IMG/VR virus record: IMGVR_UViG_3300049215_000771
Location: 372,001 to 436,000 of that record
Strand: one strand, 5' to 3'
Length of the DNA stretch: 64,000 nucleotides
This document shows positions 36,300-46,233 of the stretch, in pieces. Under the pieces are notes generated by a model. That model worked only from the letters and a program-made list of their open reading frames with translations. It was not told the DNA's origin and made no database searches. The position numbers and the translations under genes are program-made. Every line of letters starts with the position of its first letter. Within the stretch, counting starts at the first letter, position 1.

Positions 36300-37298
36300 A
36301 TGAGCCAGCTTCCACAAGACCCACAGAAAAGTTTGCCTGAATGCCAGATCAAGTCGGAAACTCCGACACCGAATCTGGACCCGGCACCACCATATTGTGG
36401 GCGTGACGAAGACGACCAGGTGAGCAAGCGTGCTATCAACGACGATTTCTCAAACTGGTTGAAGGACGACCTAAATCAGAAACAAGGCTACGGAGCCAAG
36501 GTTGACTGCGACCCGATGATGACGGGTCACATCCGAAATGATCCCAACAAGCCGAACAAGAACACTCTCTACCGTTATTCCAAGGCATTGAGAGGAACTG
36601 ATGAAGCTATCTTGGATATGTTCGGTGACATTGAAGTAATTGACGAGGATGGCAAGGCACATCCAGTCCCAATCATTTGGGGCAGTCAAGAGAAGGCAGT
36701 CGCCGCCATTATGTTTGATAACGTCAGGAAGGACGAGTCGCTGGTGGTTGATCGGATTAGGCTGCCGATGTTGGCAGTTTCTTCCACGGATTTTTCCTAC
36801 GACATGAATCGTTACACCTACCACCAGGCGTTGGACTTCATGCGATACCTTCGTCCCGACAGAAAGCCGGGCATGACGTTGAATGAAGGAGGGCTGGAAA
36901 GAAGCACAATTTTCGGGAAAACACGGGGTATTCCGGTGAACGTCACCTACACGTTGATAGCGTGGACGATGTACATCGAAGACATGAACCAAATCCTCGA
37001 ACAAATTCTTCTAAAATTCAGCCCCATTGCATACATACGAGTAAGAGGCGTATCCTGGGAAGTCGTCGCCAAGTTAGACAGCATCGCTAATAACTTGGAT
37101 ACGGAACCGGGAGATCAGGCGATCAGGGTGATTAAATTTCAGTTCAACATAACGGCTGAAACATACATCCCACAGCCAATTGCAAGAAGGAAGGCCATCC
37201 TCAAAACGAAAGTTGAACTTGTGGATGGCATGACCGAGGACGAAATCACGCAGGTAATGGCCAGACTGGAAGAAGCTGTTAAGGAGCTAGAATGCTAG
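36300..37298 (+). CDS. gp15: tail terminator/sheath stabilizer, T4 gp15-like
   Basis: VPIIWGSQEK, RLPMLAV, IPVNVTYTL, DMNQILEQIL. Confidence 0.85.
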   Translation: MSQLPQDPQKSLPECQIKSETPTPNLDPAPPYCGRDEDDQVSKRAINDDFSNWLKDDLNQKQGYGAKVDCDPMMTGHIRNDPNKPNKNTLYRYSKALRGTDEAILDMFGDIEVIDEDGKAHPVPIIWGSQEKAVAAIMFDNVRKDESLVVDRIRLPMLAVSSTDFSYDMNRYTYHQALDFMRYLRPDRKPGMTLNEGGLERSTIFGKTRGIPVNVTYTLIAWTMYIEDMNQILEQILLKFSPIAYIRVRGVSWEVVAKLDSIANNLDTEPGDQAIRVIKFQFNITAETYIPQPIARRKAILKTKVELVDGMTEDEITQVMARLEEAVKELEC

Positions 37299-37516
37299 AG
37301 ATCAAGAATAACATGAAACATCCGGTTCAGTTGGTGATTCGTTCAAGGAAGGCTCCTCGTGCTTTCACCTGTCTAAACATTCCAGGAGTAGGTGCCGGAA
37401 AAAATACCTTTCTCTTGGAAGAAGGAAGAGAAACACCGTATATAGACAGGGCCGAGAAAGAAGGATTGATTTCCACAAGGCACATACCAAACAAGATTAG
37501 CGCAAAGGGAGAATAA
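37292..37516 (+). CDS. small hypothetical protein
   Basis: AAGGAG RBS; lies between gp15 and sheath. Confidence 0.7.
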   Translation: MLEIKNNMKHPVQLVIRSRKAPRAFTCLNIPGVGAGKNTFLLEEGRETPYIDRAEKEGLISTRHIPNKISAKGE

Positions 37517-37518
37517 CT

Positions 37519-39879
37519 ATGGCGATTCTACAGGGATTTCCGCCTTCCAATACTATTAGCCCTAGTATTCGGATCACAGAGCAAGATTTGAGTTTCATTC
37601 CGCCAGCGTTGACATTCGCCAATGCGGGTATCGTTGGTTTCGCCAGCAAAGGTCCAGTCAACCTGCCGGTGAACATCACGTCGGTAAGACAACTCAACAC
37701 CGTGTTCGGCTATCCGCACCCGGAAGTAGGCGACCCGTACTTGATTTACGCTGCGATGCAGTATCTTTTGGTTTCGACCACTTTGTACTGTGTTCGTGTA
37801 GCTGTCACCGATCCATTGAGTGACGAGCAGGCTTTGACTGCTCAGGTTGCGGTTCCGGCTGCTGGTACGGTTGTGCAGATCACTTCCGACACAGTTGGCC
37901 CGTACACCTTCAACGTGGACTCGTTCTTCCGTTGGAGGCTGAATGGTGTCCTTTCTTCCAAGACCCTAGTGGTTTTGGCTGGAACATACAACGTAGGCGA
38001 TCTGGTCGCTGACCTGAACGCACAGGTTGACACCGAGAACGACGGCATCCAGTTCTTCGTCAGCAACACGAACACCATTGGTGTCGAGACGCTGTGGGCA
38101 TACGGCCCGAACGCAACGCTGGAATTGGTGTCTGTACAGGACGCCATCTATGGCGACACGGTTCTGAACGGCAACCCAACTGGTTTGGGCACGGGCATGA
38201 CGAAAGCCGAAGTCATTGGTACTTTGGCAATGTACCCGAACGTAGCTTACCAGACACCTGGTAACTACGACTTCACGGGTCTGACTGGCCTGAACTTGGT
38301 TGTCTTGGTAGACGGCACGGACAACGTACTGATCGACCAGGTTGCACAGGTCATTGACCTTTCCTCCTTGGAGGGCCAGGTCAACACCATCGGTCAGGTC
38401 GTCATAGCAATCAACAACGAGTTGGCATCGAACGGTGGAACGCTGCCGGGTGGTTGGCAGGCTGTGGCGGTTGGCAACAACCTCGCCTTCAAGACCCTCA
38501 CCACTGGTCAGGACGCTCGCATTCGCATTAGCTCCTCCAGCACCGCAGCAGGCATCTTCGGCCTGGACACCATCACCCACATCGGTACATCGCCGAGCGG
38601 CGTAACTGGTGATCCGGCAATTGAAACTTTCGCTATCGTTTCTGGTGGCGTCAACAACGCTGGTACACCATCCTTCACCGTTCTGGCTGACAGCACGGGT
38701 ATTGAAGGAAACCAGACTCAGGTAGTCATTACGAACGATGTGAGCGACAGCACGTTCATCATCAACGTGTTCAACAATGGTGGGCCGGTCGAAGCCTGGG
38801 GCAATTTGACCAAGGATCAGTCGAGCGCCTACTACATTGAAACGTACATGGCGTTGGTATCCGACTTCATCAGGGTTGTGGACAACACCAACACCACTGC
38901 TGGACCGACTGCTGGTACTTACCAGTTGTCAGGTGGTACGGACGGTATCCCGGCTGACCCGGACGATCAGGACGCATTGCTGATCGGTAACAATCTCGCC
39001 TTCACCGGAATGTACTCCATCTCCGACCCGGAGCAGATTGACATCGACTTGGTTGCTGTTCCTGGACACTCCAGCACAAGCGTCGTTATGGCGATGCTGA
39101 ACCTTTGCCAGAACATCCGTCAGGACTGCTTGGCAATTGTTGACCCGCCATTCGGCTTGACCGTACAGGAAATCATCGCTTGGCAGAATGGTGCCCACCC
39201 GCTGAACCTGGTGCAGTTCAACTCCGACTTCGGAGCGCTGTACTGGCCGTGGGTACAGATCACCGACACCTTCAACCGTGTCCAGGTCTGGATTCCACCA
39301 TCGGGTAGCGTGATGGCAACCATCGCCCGTTCCGACTTCTTGGCCGCACCGTGGTTCGCCCCGGCTGGTCTGAACCGTGGACAGGTGCCTGGAATTGTGA
39401 ACGTATACAACAGGCCATCTCTCACAGAACGTGATGCGATGTATGGCAACGCAAATGCAATCAACCCGATTGTATCGTTCCCGGATGCTGATGGGTTCTT
39501 CATTTGGGGCCAGAAGACTTTGCAAAGGCTTCCGACACTGCTTGACCGTGTGAACGTCAGGCGATGTCTGTTCTACATCGAGAAGCAGATGCGTCAGGCT
39601 TGCCGCACCCTGCTGTTCGAGCCGAACGATGCTAAATTCCAGCAGCAGTTCGTGACGTTGACAACGAACATCCTGCGGGCCGTCCAGATTGGCCGTGGTA
39701 TTTATGACTTCATCATTGATGCCGGTGCTGACCTGAACACCCCGGACGTTATCGACAGGAATGAGTTCCGTGCGAAGATTGGTATCCAGCCAGTCCCAGC
39801 GGTTGAATTCATCTTCCTTGAGTTCGACGTATTCAAAACTGGTGCCTTCGTCACCGCCAACGGCGTTGACGGTTTCTAA
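37519..39879 (+). CDS. gp18: contractile tail sheath protein
   Basis: ISPSIRITEQD, GFASKGP, GALYWPW, PPSG, PWFAPAGLNRG, INPI, WGQKTL, DRVNVRR, LFEPND. Confidence 0.97.
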   Translation: MAILQGFPPSNTISPSIRITEQDLSFIPPALTFANAGIVGFASKGPVNLPVNITSVRQLNTVFGYPHPEVGDPYLIYAAMQYLLVSTTLYCVRVAVTDPLSDEQALTAQVAVPAAGTVVQITSDTVGPYTFNVDSFFRWRLNGVLSSKTLVVLAGTYNVGDLVADLNAQVDTENDGIQFFVSNTNTIGVETLWAYGPNATLELVSVQDAIYGDTVLNGNPTGLGTGMTKAEVIGTLAMYPNVAYQTPGNYDFTGLTGLNLVVLVDGTDNVLIDQVAQVIDLSSLEGQVNTIGQVVIAINNELASNGGTLPGGWQAVAVGNNLAFKTLTTGQDARIRISSSSTAAGIFGLDTITHIGTSPSGVTGDPAIETFAIVSGGVNNAGTPSFTVLADSTGIEGNQTQVVITNDVSDSTFIINVFNNGGPVEAWGNLTKDQSSAYYIETYMALVSDFIRVVDNTNTTAGPTAGTYQLSGGTDGIPADPDDQDALLIGNNLAFTGMYSISDPEQIDIDLVAVPGHSSTSVVMAMLNLCQNIRQDCLAIVDPPFGLTVQEIIAWQNGAHPLNLVQFNSDFGALYWPWVQITDTFNRVQVWIPPSGSVMATIARSDFLAAPWFAPAGLNRGQVPGIVNVYNRPSLTERDAMYGNANAINPIVSFPDADGFFIWGQKTLQRLPTLLDRVNVRRCLFYIEKQMRQACRTLLFEPNDAKFQQQFVTLTTNILRAVQIGRGIYDFIIDAGADLNTPDVIDRNEFRAKIGIQPVPAVEFIFLEFDVFKTGAFVTANGVDGF

Positions 39880-39909
39880 CATATGAGAACTCAATAAGAG
39901 GAGAGCAAT

Positions 39910-40485
39910 ATGGGAATACCAATGGGTATGGGACTGCTGGGCGGTCCAGACATCGTGTTCAAAAGGAAGTATAGGTGGACTTTCAACCTAGACGTTCCTT
40001 GCGGCCCGCCAATCGGCGAGCAAGTCGTCAAACTGGCTGCTAGGCCAAACCTGACGATTGAAGAAACTGAAATCAACTTCTTGCACGGCAAGATGTGGAT
40101 TCCGGGTAAGGGTACATGGGAAACCATTACCGTTACCTATTACGACATCGGCAACGACCCGACGCTGAGTGGTTTGTACTCGTGGCTTGCTACGATCTAC
40201 GACTTCACCAACCCGGTGAATCTCTACCAGTCGTCTCGTCGTGGTGACGGTGGAGCTACCCCAGGTTACTCCGGTGAGGCGGACCTGGCGCTCTATGACG
40301 GTTGCGGTAACATCATGGAAAACTGGCACCTGAGCAACTTGTGGCCACAGGCCATTAACTTCGGTGAGTTGGACTACTCGTCCTCTGAAGAAGTTACGAT
40401 TGAGTTGACTCTCCGTTACTCCGAAGTTACCTACACCCCGTACTGCGGTGTCAGCTTCACTCCTTGCTGCGACGGTTGCGACTAA
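39910..40485 (+). CDS. gp19: tail tube protein
   Basis: KRKYRW, ARPNL, PGKGTWETITVT, WPQAINFGELDYSSSE..IELTLRY; directly after sheath. Confidence 0.92.
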   Translation: MGIPMGMGLLGGPDIVFKRKYRWTFNLDVPCGPPIGEQVVKLAARPNLTIEETEINFLHGKMWIPGKGTWETITVTYYDIGNDPTLSGLYSWLATIYDFTNPVNLYQSSRRGDGGATPGYSGEADLALYDGCGNIMENWHLSNLWPQAINFGELDYSSSEEVTIELTLRYSEVTYTPYCGVSFTPCCDGCD

Positions 40486-40543
40486 TCCCGTCTCGCAAGA
40501 AAACAACATACATCAGACTCTTGTACTATTGGGTCTGGTATTC

Positions 40544-40576
40544 AAAGCCCACGACCTACAAGTTGTGGGCTTTTTC
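40544..40576 (+). terminator. intrinsic terminator
   Basis: AAAGCCCACGAC...GTTGTGGGCTTTTT. Confidence 0.7.
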
Positions 40577-40594
40577 TTTGTATTTGGAGGATAG

Positions 40595-41110
40595 ATGGGA
40601 AGACCAATGGGCTTCGACTTCGGGCTTCAAGACCCGCAGTCATGCTTCAAACGAAAACACCGCTGGCTTTTCACAATTCCTGATGTGAGCGCCAGCGGCG
40701 TGAATTCCTTGCCGCCCTCGAAGGGTGCAAGACCAAATTTGTCATTCAAGGAAGGTGAGGCACAGCACATCTCGGAAACTGTCTACTACCCTATGAAACC
40801 GGAATGGAAACCCGTCAACTTGACCTTGTACGAGGTCAAACGACCAGGCGGACATCCAGTTTTCAACTGGATAGAAGACATTTACAACCCGGCTGGCGAC
40901 TCGCAATTCCTGCCATCTTGCGATGGATTCAAACAAAACCAATGCACGCTGGAAATGTATGATGGTTGCGGTAAAGTCATCGAAACCTGGGTATTCGAGA
41001 ATGTGTGGGTCCAAAGCGTCGAGTTTGGTGATCTTGACATGGCGTCGAGCGATCTGGTGGTTTGTGAATTAACCCTCCGGTACGACCGTGCTTATGTAGA
41101 AAGCAATTAG
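40595..41110 (+). CDS. tail tube protein paralogue 2
   Basis: FKRKHRW, ARPNL, YDGCG, FGDLDM..ELTLRYD. Confidence 0.88.
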   Translation: MGRPMGFDFGLQDPQSCFKRKHRWLFTIPDVSASGVNSLPPSKGARPNLSFKEGEAQHISETVYYPMKPEWKPVNLTLYEVKRPGGHPVFNWIEDIYNPAGDSQFLPSCDGFKQNQCTLEMYDGCGKVIETWVFENVWVQSVEFGDLDMASSDLVVCELTLRYDRAYVESN

Positions 41111-41343
41111 TCGAGGGAACAATCTTCTTTCAGTATCTCACGGCAGGCTTCCAAGGCATCTTCTAATTCCTTCGCTTTCCAGCCAAGGACTCTACATGCG
41201 CCGCTTTTGTTAAGCCGGCCTTTCTTTGTATACACCTTGCTGTCATTAAGCAGGAGGGCGTCGATCAAAGGTCCATAACCACGGTCGATTAGCTTTTGTA
41301 TCAACTCCTGCCTTTCCAGTAATTCTATAAGGTTGTTTTTCAT
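41107..41343 (-). CDS. small HTH-like protein
   Basis: GRLNKSGACRVLGW; GGAG RBS. Confidence 0.7.
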   Translation of the reverse strand: MKNNLIELLERQELIQKLIDRGYGPLIDALLLNDSKVYTKKGRLNKSGACRVLGWKAKELEDALEACREILKEDCSLD

Positions 41344-41362
41344 TCAGGCTCCTAGAGAAAAA

Positions 41363-41392
41363 AGGCTAATGGGGATCGACTCCCCATTAGCC
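41363..41392. terminator. hairpin, likely minus-strand terminator
   Basis: GGCTAATGGGGA-TCGAC-TCCCCATTAGCC preceded by an A-run (T-run on the minus strand). Confidence 0.7.
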
Positions 41393-41425
41393 ACCCGGAA
41401 ATTGTAGTTCACACATGAATGTACA

Positions 41426-41965
41426 TCAAGATTTCGTACTATTGTTGTGAACACTTCGTTGCGTTTTTTGCGTCCGAACTGACTGATCTACCTGCGTTTG
41501 CATGAAATCATGGTATTTCTTCTTCAGTTCGTTGTAGTTTCTGGCTGTTCGATATAGTTGTCGAAAATGGTTGAGTATGCAAGTAGTCATGTAATTGAAA
41601 GCCTTGCCTTTGGCGGGGTCGAACCTGTCGATCTTCTCGAAACATATCATCACCCCTTCCTGGATGGCATCGTCCTGGTCGATTAGGTTGAACTTGGCAT
41701 AGCGAACAATGTTCTCCGACAAAGTGTAGAACGCCGTCGCCAGTTCCTTCTGCGCATCAATAAACCTCTTGCTCACAACTTCAAATGCCGCCTGGGTAAG
41801 AACCCAAGATTCCGGCTTCTGATACTTGTTTCTTTTCGCCGTTCTCGCTTCCGTTGCCATGATGTCTTCGATTATCATTTCATACTTTGCCCGCTCCCGT
41901 TTCGCTTCTTGGAACTTCGAGATGATCTTCTCGAAGTTTTTGTTGTTCAAATACTCCGTCGCCAT
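41426..41965 (-). CDS. gp55: late-transcription sigma factor, T4 gp55-like
   Basis: EYLNNKNF N-terminus; DDAIQEGVMICFEKIDRFDPAKGKAFNYMT; no region 4. Confidence 0.85.
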   Translation of the reverse strand: MATEYLNNKNFEKIISKFQEAKRERAKYEMIIEDIMATEARTAKRNKYQKPESWVLTQAAFEVVSKRFIDAQKELATAFYTLSENIVRYAKFNLIDQDDAIQEGVMICFEKIDRFDPAKGKAFNYMTTCILNHFRQLYRTARNYNELKKKYHDFMQTQVDQSVRTQKTQRSVHNNSTKS

Positions 41966-42053
41966 CTAGCTCCTTGTGTCTCACCCGTGGGGGAGAAATA
42001 GTTGAAAAGATCGGGTATCTATATACTGCGCCTAGTGTTGTTTTCACTTTCAT

Positions 42054-42917
42054 TCATTCATTCTCCCAGGTGGCAATCCTCGCAAGGGCGGCGGTCTTCG
42101 CATCTTGATACCAGCCGTTGGCAGTCTCGTAATAGTCGGGGTTGTATAATTTGCCGGATGTGAAGCTGCGGAAATGGTCGATGTTTTCGTCAGTTTGTCG
42201 TTGAAAATTCTTGTCGTGCCCAATCAGATGCGGCTTCACCTTGTACATGCGCAAGATGTAGTTTCCCAAAATTTCAGTGTCGGGCCAATTTGGTCGCAGT
42301 GGTGTCGGGCGATAATCTTCCATGTCGTAGAGATTACAAAGCCTGCGCTGGCTCCATCCGAATCCCATCTTGTCCATCGAAGGCATATGGTACATAGTCG
42401 CCGTATGGCTCACCATGCCATGCCAGTCGGAATGATTCCGTGGACTGAGTTCATAGCCAACCACGGGGGATGTGGCCGGGCACAAAGTCAGCAAATACTC
42501 AATGAAATCTCGTTTTTTGAGAAAACAATCGGCGTGGGTAGCGTATAAAAATGGAGTACGGCAAAGAGTGAAGGCCAAATCCATAGCCATAGCGGGGAAA
42601 TCAGATGGATGTAGGACTCCGTTCAATCGAATGGCGTGTACCTCGATGTTGTCGCTTCTCAGGGACTCGATCTTAGCGTACTCTTCCGGGGTACTGCCAG
42701 TGTCGATGACGAGTATGTATGGTTTGATGGTCTGAAGATTCAACAATTTCACGCATATTTCCAACTGCTCGAAAGTATCAATAACAGGAATGGCCGCAGT
42801 TACCTGGTAGCTCCAGGGCTTCTGAGTGCATGACCCTTCCCACGGTCGCTGATGTGCTAACTTTCCCCGCAGTGGGGCCAAATCGGTTTTCGTGTCGCTC
42901 TTTTGGGGCATGGACAT
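42054..42917 (-). CDS. GT2-like glycosyltransferase
   Basis: AAIPV, LVIDTGST, HADCF. Confidence 0.75.
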   Translation of the reverse strand: MSMPQKSDTKTDLAPLRGKLAHQRPWEGSCTQKPWSYQVTAAIPVIDTFEQLEICVKLLNLQTIKPYILVIDTGSTPEEYAKIESLRSDNIEVHAIRLNGVLHPSDFPAMAMDLAFTLCRTPFLYATHADCFLKKRDFIEYLLTLCPATSPVVGYELSPRNHSDWHGMVSHTATMYHMPSMDKMGFGWSQRRLCNLYDMEDYRPTPLRPNWPDTEILGNYILRMYKVKPHLIGHDKNFQRQTDENIDHFRSFTSGKLYNPDYYETANGWYQDAKTAALARIATWENE

Positions 42918-43119
42918 CTTCCAAATACTCGTGCAACTGCTCGAAAGGCCAAACGCCCCACGACACTATCGCCAGATGAGAGATTTCTACATCTCCCAGG
43001 GCAAAGTCGTTGAAGCTGAAGCAGTTAGCCACCTAATAGAGAAGAGATTCGGCAAAAATGAAGTTGGCGACCCATCTGATCTTGAGGAACAACAAACACA
43101 CGCTGGAACGGGCAGTTGA
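42910..43119 (+). CDS. small hypothetical protein
   Basis: Short ORF overlapping the start of the next gene. Confidence 0.55.
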   Translation: MDIFQILVQLLERPNAPRHYRQMRDFYISQGKVVEAEAVSHLIEKRFGKNEVGDPSDLEEQQTHAGTGS

Positions 43120-44020
43120 ATCCATTCTCCCGCTCAACACTGAAATCTACGTCGGAGACATAGGCTCGGACGACGGTAGCTTGTACATTGCCAAGCGCTA
43201 CGGAGCCAAGATAAAACGATATTACCTTACCGACGACTACAGCGAGATTCGCAACACCATGATCGCCGACACGGAAGAAGATTGGATATTATTCATCGAA
43301 CCGTGGGAAGCTATCATGAAAGGGCAAGGTAACATCGCTAATGTCATCAAAAACAAGCCAGCAGCCTACCGCTTCAGCGTCATTCAGGGCGACATCATCA
43401 CCAAGGAAGTCCGCCTGTGGCACAAAGACCTTGGGCTGAAATTCATCAACCCTGTGTACGAAACAATCATCGAAGATCGAGCCAAAGATTTGCCCGTGTA
43501 TGTCCACTCGGCGGGCGGGCACAAAGACCACAAAGAACTGGTGGCCCGCTGGAAACAAAAAAAACCCCTGGCGACGGAACCAATCTACTACGAAGCCTGC
43601 ACTTTACTGATCGAGAAGAAGTGGGACTCCTTCTTGAACGTGGCCGATCACTACATTTTCACGGAGAAGAAACCGAAGATGGCCTTGACCATGATCCGCT
43701 ACTACTGTGCGATGGTCAATTGCTACGTCAAGAAAAACTACCAGAAGGCTTTGGAATACCTACTTCCAAGCATCGCCGAGAAGCCAACAATGGCCGAGTT
43801 TTGGTGCTTGTTGGGGGACGTGTTTTACGCCACGAAACAATATGAGAAGGCGACGGTTTTCTACGAGAATGCGGCGATTCTTGGCAGTCGTCGCCTGAAA
43901 AATGATGATTGGCCGTTCGAGATCACCAAGTACAAAGAGTACCCGGCCAAGATGATGGAAGCGTGCGCCCAGGTCATCGGAGCGTCTAGGCTTTATGCAG
44001 GGCCACGGACAACTCTTTGA
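43058..44020 (+). CDS. GT2-like glycosyltransferase with TPR-like C-terminus
   Basis: VGDIGSDDGS, DYSEIRN, WILFIEPWE, VRLW, PVYETI; helical C-terminus. Confidence 0.8.
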   Translation: MKLATHLILRNNKHTLERAVESILPLNTEIYVGDIGSDDGSLYIAKRYGAKIKRYYLTDDYSEIRNTMIADTEEDWILFIEPWEAIMKGQGNIANVIKNKPAAYRFSVIQGDIITKEVRLWHKDLGLKFINPVYETIIEDRAKDLPVYVHSAGGHKDHKELVARWKQKKPLATEPIYYEACTLLIEKKWDSFLNVADHYIFTEKKPKMALTMIRYYCAMVNCYVKKNYQKALEYLLPSIAEKPTMAEFWCLLGDVFYATKQYEKATVFYENAAILGSRRLKNDDWPFEITKYKEYPAKMMEACAQVIGASRLYAGPRTTL

Positions 44021-44426
44021 TCTTCTGCTTCATGCCTTCTTGTATAATGCTCAGTTTCTTCGTCTCAATTGCCATCCGGTCTTCCATCACTTTGAGTGCG
44101 GTAACGTCGGTCAAAGAGCCTTCGATATAGCCTTCTTCTGGATACACCTTGCCAGTGACGGAAACCCAAATATGTTTGCCGTTCCCCAGGACGAGTTCGA
44201 CGTGGTAATCGTTGATCTCGCCATTCGCCGTCAACTCATCAAGGATGTGCTTGCGGTCGCCGTTGACATAGAGATGGATTGAGTTATCTTGCAATAGTGT
44301 GTCTACAGAGTCATGCCCTAGCAGTTTGGCACAAGCCAAATTCGCCATGAGGAATTGTCCGCCGTCAATTGATGTTCGCCAGAAGGCAATGGGCGAGTTC
44401 TCGTAGAACGATTTGTATTCATTCAT
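43986..44426 (-). CDS. stand-alone PAS-domain protein
   Basis: YKSFYENSPIAF, ANLACAKLLG, NGKHIWVSV, EGSLTDVT. Confidence 0.85.
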   Translation of the reverse strand: MNEYKSFYENSPIAFWRTSIDGGQFLMANLACAKLLGHDSVDTLLQDNSIHLYVNGDRKHILDELTANGEINDYHVELVLGNGKHIWVSVTGKVYPEEGYIEGSLTDVTALKVMEDRMAIETKKLSIIQEGMKQKIKELSVALHKA

Positions 44427-44451
44427 AATATACCCTGGAGTATATAGCCAC

Positions 44452-44829
44452 TCAATAAATCAAATCCAACTCATTTACGATGACCGTAACCTGGTCCTCG
44501 TAACGAGCTACAGCAATTTGTTTCCTTCCTGGGCCGAGCCGGCGCAGCTTCTCCTCCAACTCATCCTTGGAGCAGTTGATGACGGAGAAATTGTTCTTCG
44601 CCAGGTTGGAGATTTCTTCTTCGACGTTGAGCAATTCACGGCCCGGATAGTAAGCCATCAACTGATCTTTGGCTTCACGGAGGATGCGCCTGTAGATCGG
44701 CAGATTGCAGGCGCATCCTGGGTTGTGCAGAAATTTTTGAACGTCGTCTTTGAATTCTTGTGGCAGGCTATCACGGAAACGAGAGTCCCGTAGAGCTTGC
44801 TTCACTTCCATCAGGCTGATTTGTTTCAT
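44452..44829 (-). CDS. hypothetical protein
   Basis: NPGCACN motif; coupled in minus-strand operon. Confidence 0.7.
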   Translation of the reverse strand: MKQISLMEVKQALRDSRFRDSLPQEFKDDVQKFLHNPGCACNLPIYRRILREAKDQLMAYYPGRELLNVEEEISNLAKNNFSVINCSKDELEEKLRRLGPGRKQIAVARYEDQVTVIVNELDLIY

Positions 44830-45115
44830 ATTCTGTCTTCTGAATCTGACGGGCCATAATGACTCGACCACACTTTGGACACCGAAACTTCTTTCTTTGA
44901 AGACTCGGTTTTGGAACAAACAACTTACTTGTTTCAACAGCAGGTTGGTGCATCCCTCCAGGCTGACGTTCTTTCTTAGCCATTGGGTCTAATTGAGGGA
45001 CGCCTCCTGGGACTGGAGATTGCTTGATCTCGTATAAATCCTGGCAGTCTGATCCATCGCTGATTCGCTTGTACCCACAATAATCACAGTACAATTGGTA
45101 ACACTTGACGCTCAC
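44771..45115 (-). CDS. Zn-ribbon protein
   Basis: CDYC...CPKC. Confidence 0.7.
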   Translation of the reverse strand: MSVKCYQLYCDYCGYKRISDGSDCQDLYEIKQSPVPGGVPQLDPMAKKERQPGGMHQPAVETSKLFVPKPSLQRKKFRCPKCGRVIMARQIQKTEYETNQPDGSEASSTGLSFP

Positions 45116-45447
45116 TTACCCTCCTGCTTTTGCTCCTGCTCATCCAGCGCTACCATTGTTTGTGACTCGTAGTAATTCAACAGCACTGCCGCCATGTTTG
45201 CCAGAAATCCGCCCGCAAACCCACAAGCAACAATCTTGAAGGGGTTGTAGCTGATCCAGATCAAACCCATCAGGAAGCCGACCCAGGTGCCGCAACAAAG
45301 ATAGCAATCGACAAGACCGCCCAGCTTCGTCCCGTCAAATTTCTTTTTCCACCACTCCCTGAATCCGGCGAGTATAGACCCATCAATGATAATGTGAGTC
45401 ATGCCGATGGTGCAAAGGGCGAACAACAATACCAGTCCAAAGTCCAT
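45112..45447 (-). CDS. membrane protein, DUF1360-like
   Basis: TM segments; LVDCYLCCGTWVG. Confidence 0.75.
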   Translation of the reverse strand: MDFGLVLLFALCTIGMTHIIIDGSILAGFREWWKKKFDGTKLGGLVDCYLCCGTWVGFLMGLIWISYNPFKIVACGFAGGFLANMAAVLLNYYESQTMVALDEQEQKQEGK

Positions 45448-45456
45448 AGCGACTCC

Positions 45457-45816
45457 TTAGTTGAAAGGAATGTATTCCACTCTAGTCCTACCACCACGGA
45501 CGGGGATGAAGAATACTTCTTGATCTTTCTTTATTCTACACAGCCCATCCCTGTCGTTTAGCTGTTGCTTCATTCTTTCAACAAACGCTTCTGCCTTGAA
45601 AGGGGGAAGTTGTCCTACGTCGATGTAGAAAACAAGACAACCACGAACGTAGTCGTTCAGTTTTTCTTTTTTTCCGCTGTCCCATTCAGCATCTTGACCA
45701 TTGCCAGGCTCGGCTTGTTCGTGTTGTTGATACATAGTCCATTCACCTTGCTTGCCCCACACGGCATCAGGACTCCACGATTCCATCTTCTTCTCGTCCA
45801 TTGGCTCTCCTTTCAT
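45457..45816 (-). CDS. small protein resembling a T4 gp20 portal sub-domain
   Basis: VFYIDVGQLPPFKAEAFV and FFIPVRGG. Confidence 0.7.
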   Translation of the reverse strand: MKGEPMDEKKMESWSPDAVWGKQGEWTMYQQHEQAEPGNGQDAEWDSGKKEKLNDYVRGCLVFYIDVGQLPPFKAEAFVERMKQQLNDRDGLCRIKKDQEVFFIPVRGGRTRVEYIPFN

Positions 45817-45819
45817 GAG

Positions 45820-46182
45820 TTATCGCCAGTACGTTATGTATGCTTTGTCTGCGTCACGATGAACGCAAAAATCCTGGAAGCCGACAAACTTGCACAAATC
45901 AGTTTCGATAAGGTCCAAACCACCTTCATGGTGCTGCACAAGCCGTCCGTCGATTTTGTCGATAAGAATTGTTGTACCGACGTACTCTTCTAGCCTACGG
46001 ACGTGTTCTATTTTCAAGGAGTTGAGGAATTCAATAATGGTCCTCTTGCCAAGGGTTTGTAGCCCTGGCACTCTTTTGCTGAGACTCCACTGATCGAACA
46101 AGTGTCGGAATTCCGGGAGCAGTGATTGCAGATTTTTGTCGAAGAAAATAACCTCCTCGACATTTTGCAGATTTAGTTCCAT
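45820..46182 (-). CDS. hypothetical protein
   Basis: 120-aa ORF heading the minus-strand operon. Confidence 0.7.
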   Translation of the reverse strand: MELNLQNVEEVIFFDKNLQSLLPEFRHLFDQWSLSKRVPGLQTLGKRTIIEFLNSLKIEHVRRLEEYVGTTILIDKIDGRLVQHHEGGLDLIETDLCKFVGFQDFCVHRDADKAYITYWR

Positions 46183-46233
46183 GACACTATTTTAGCCTAC
46201 TCTACATTAGAGAGTAGAACCAAGGAGATAATT

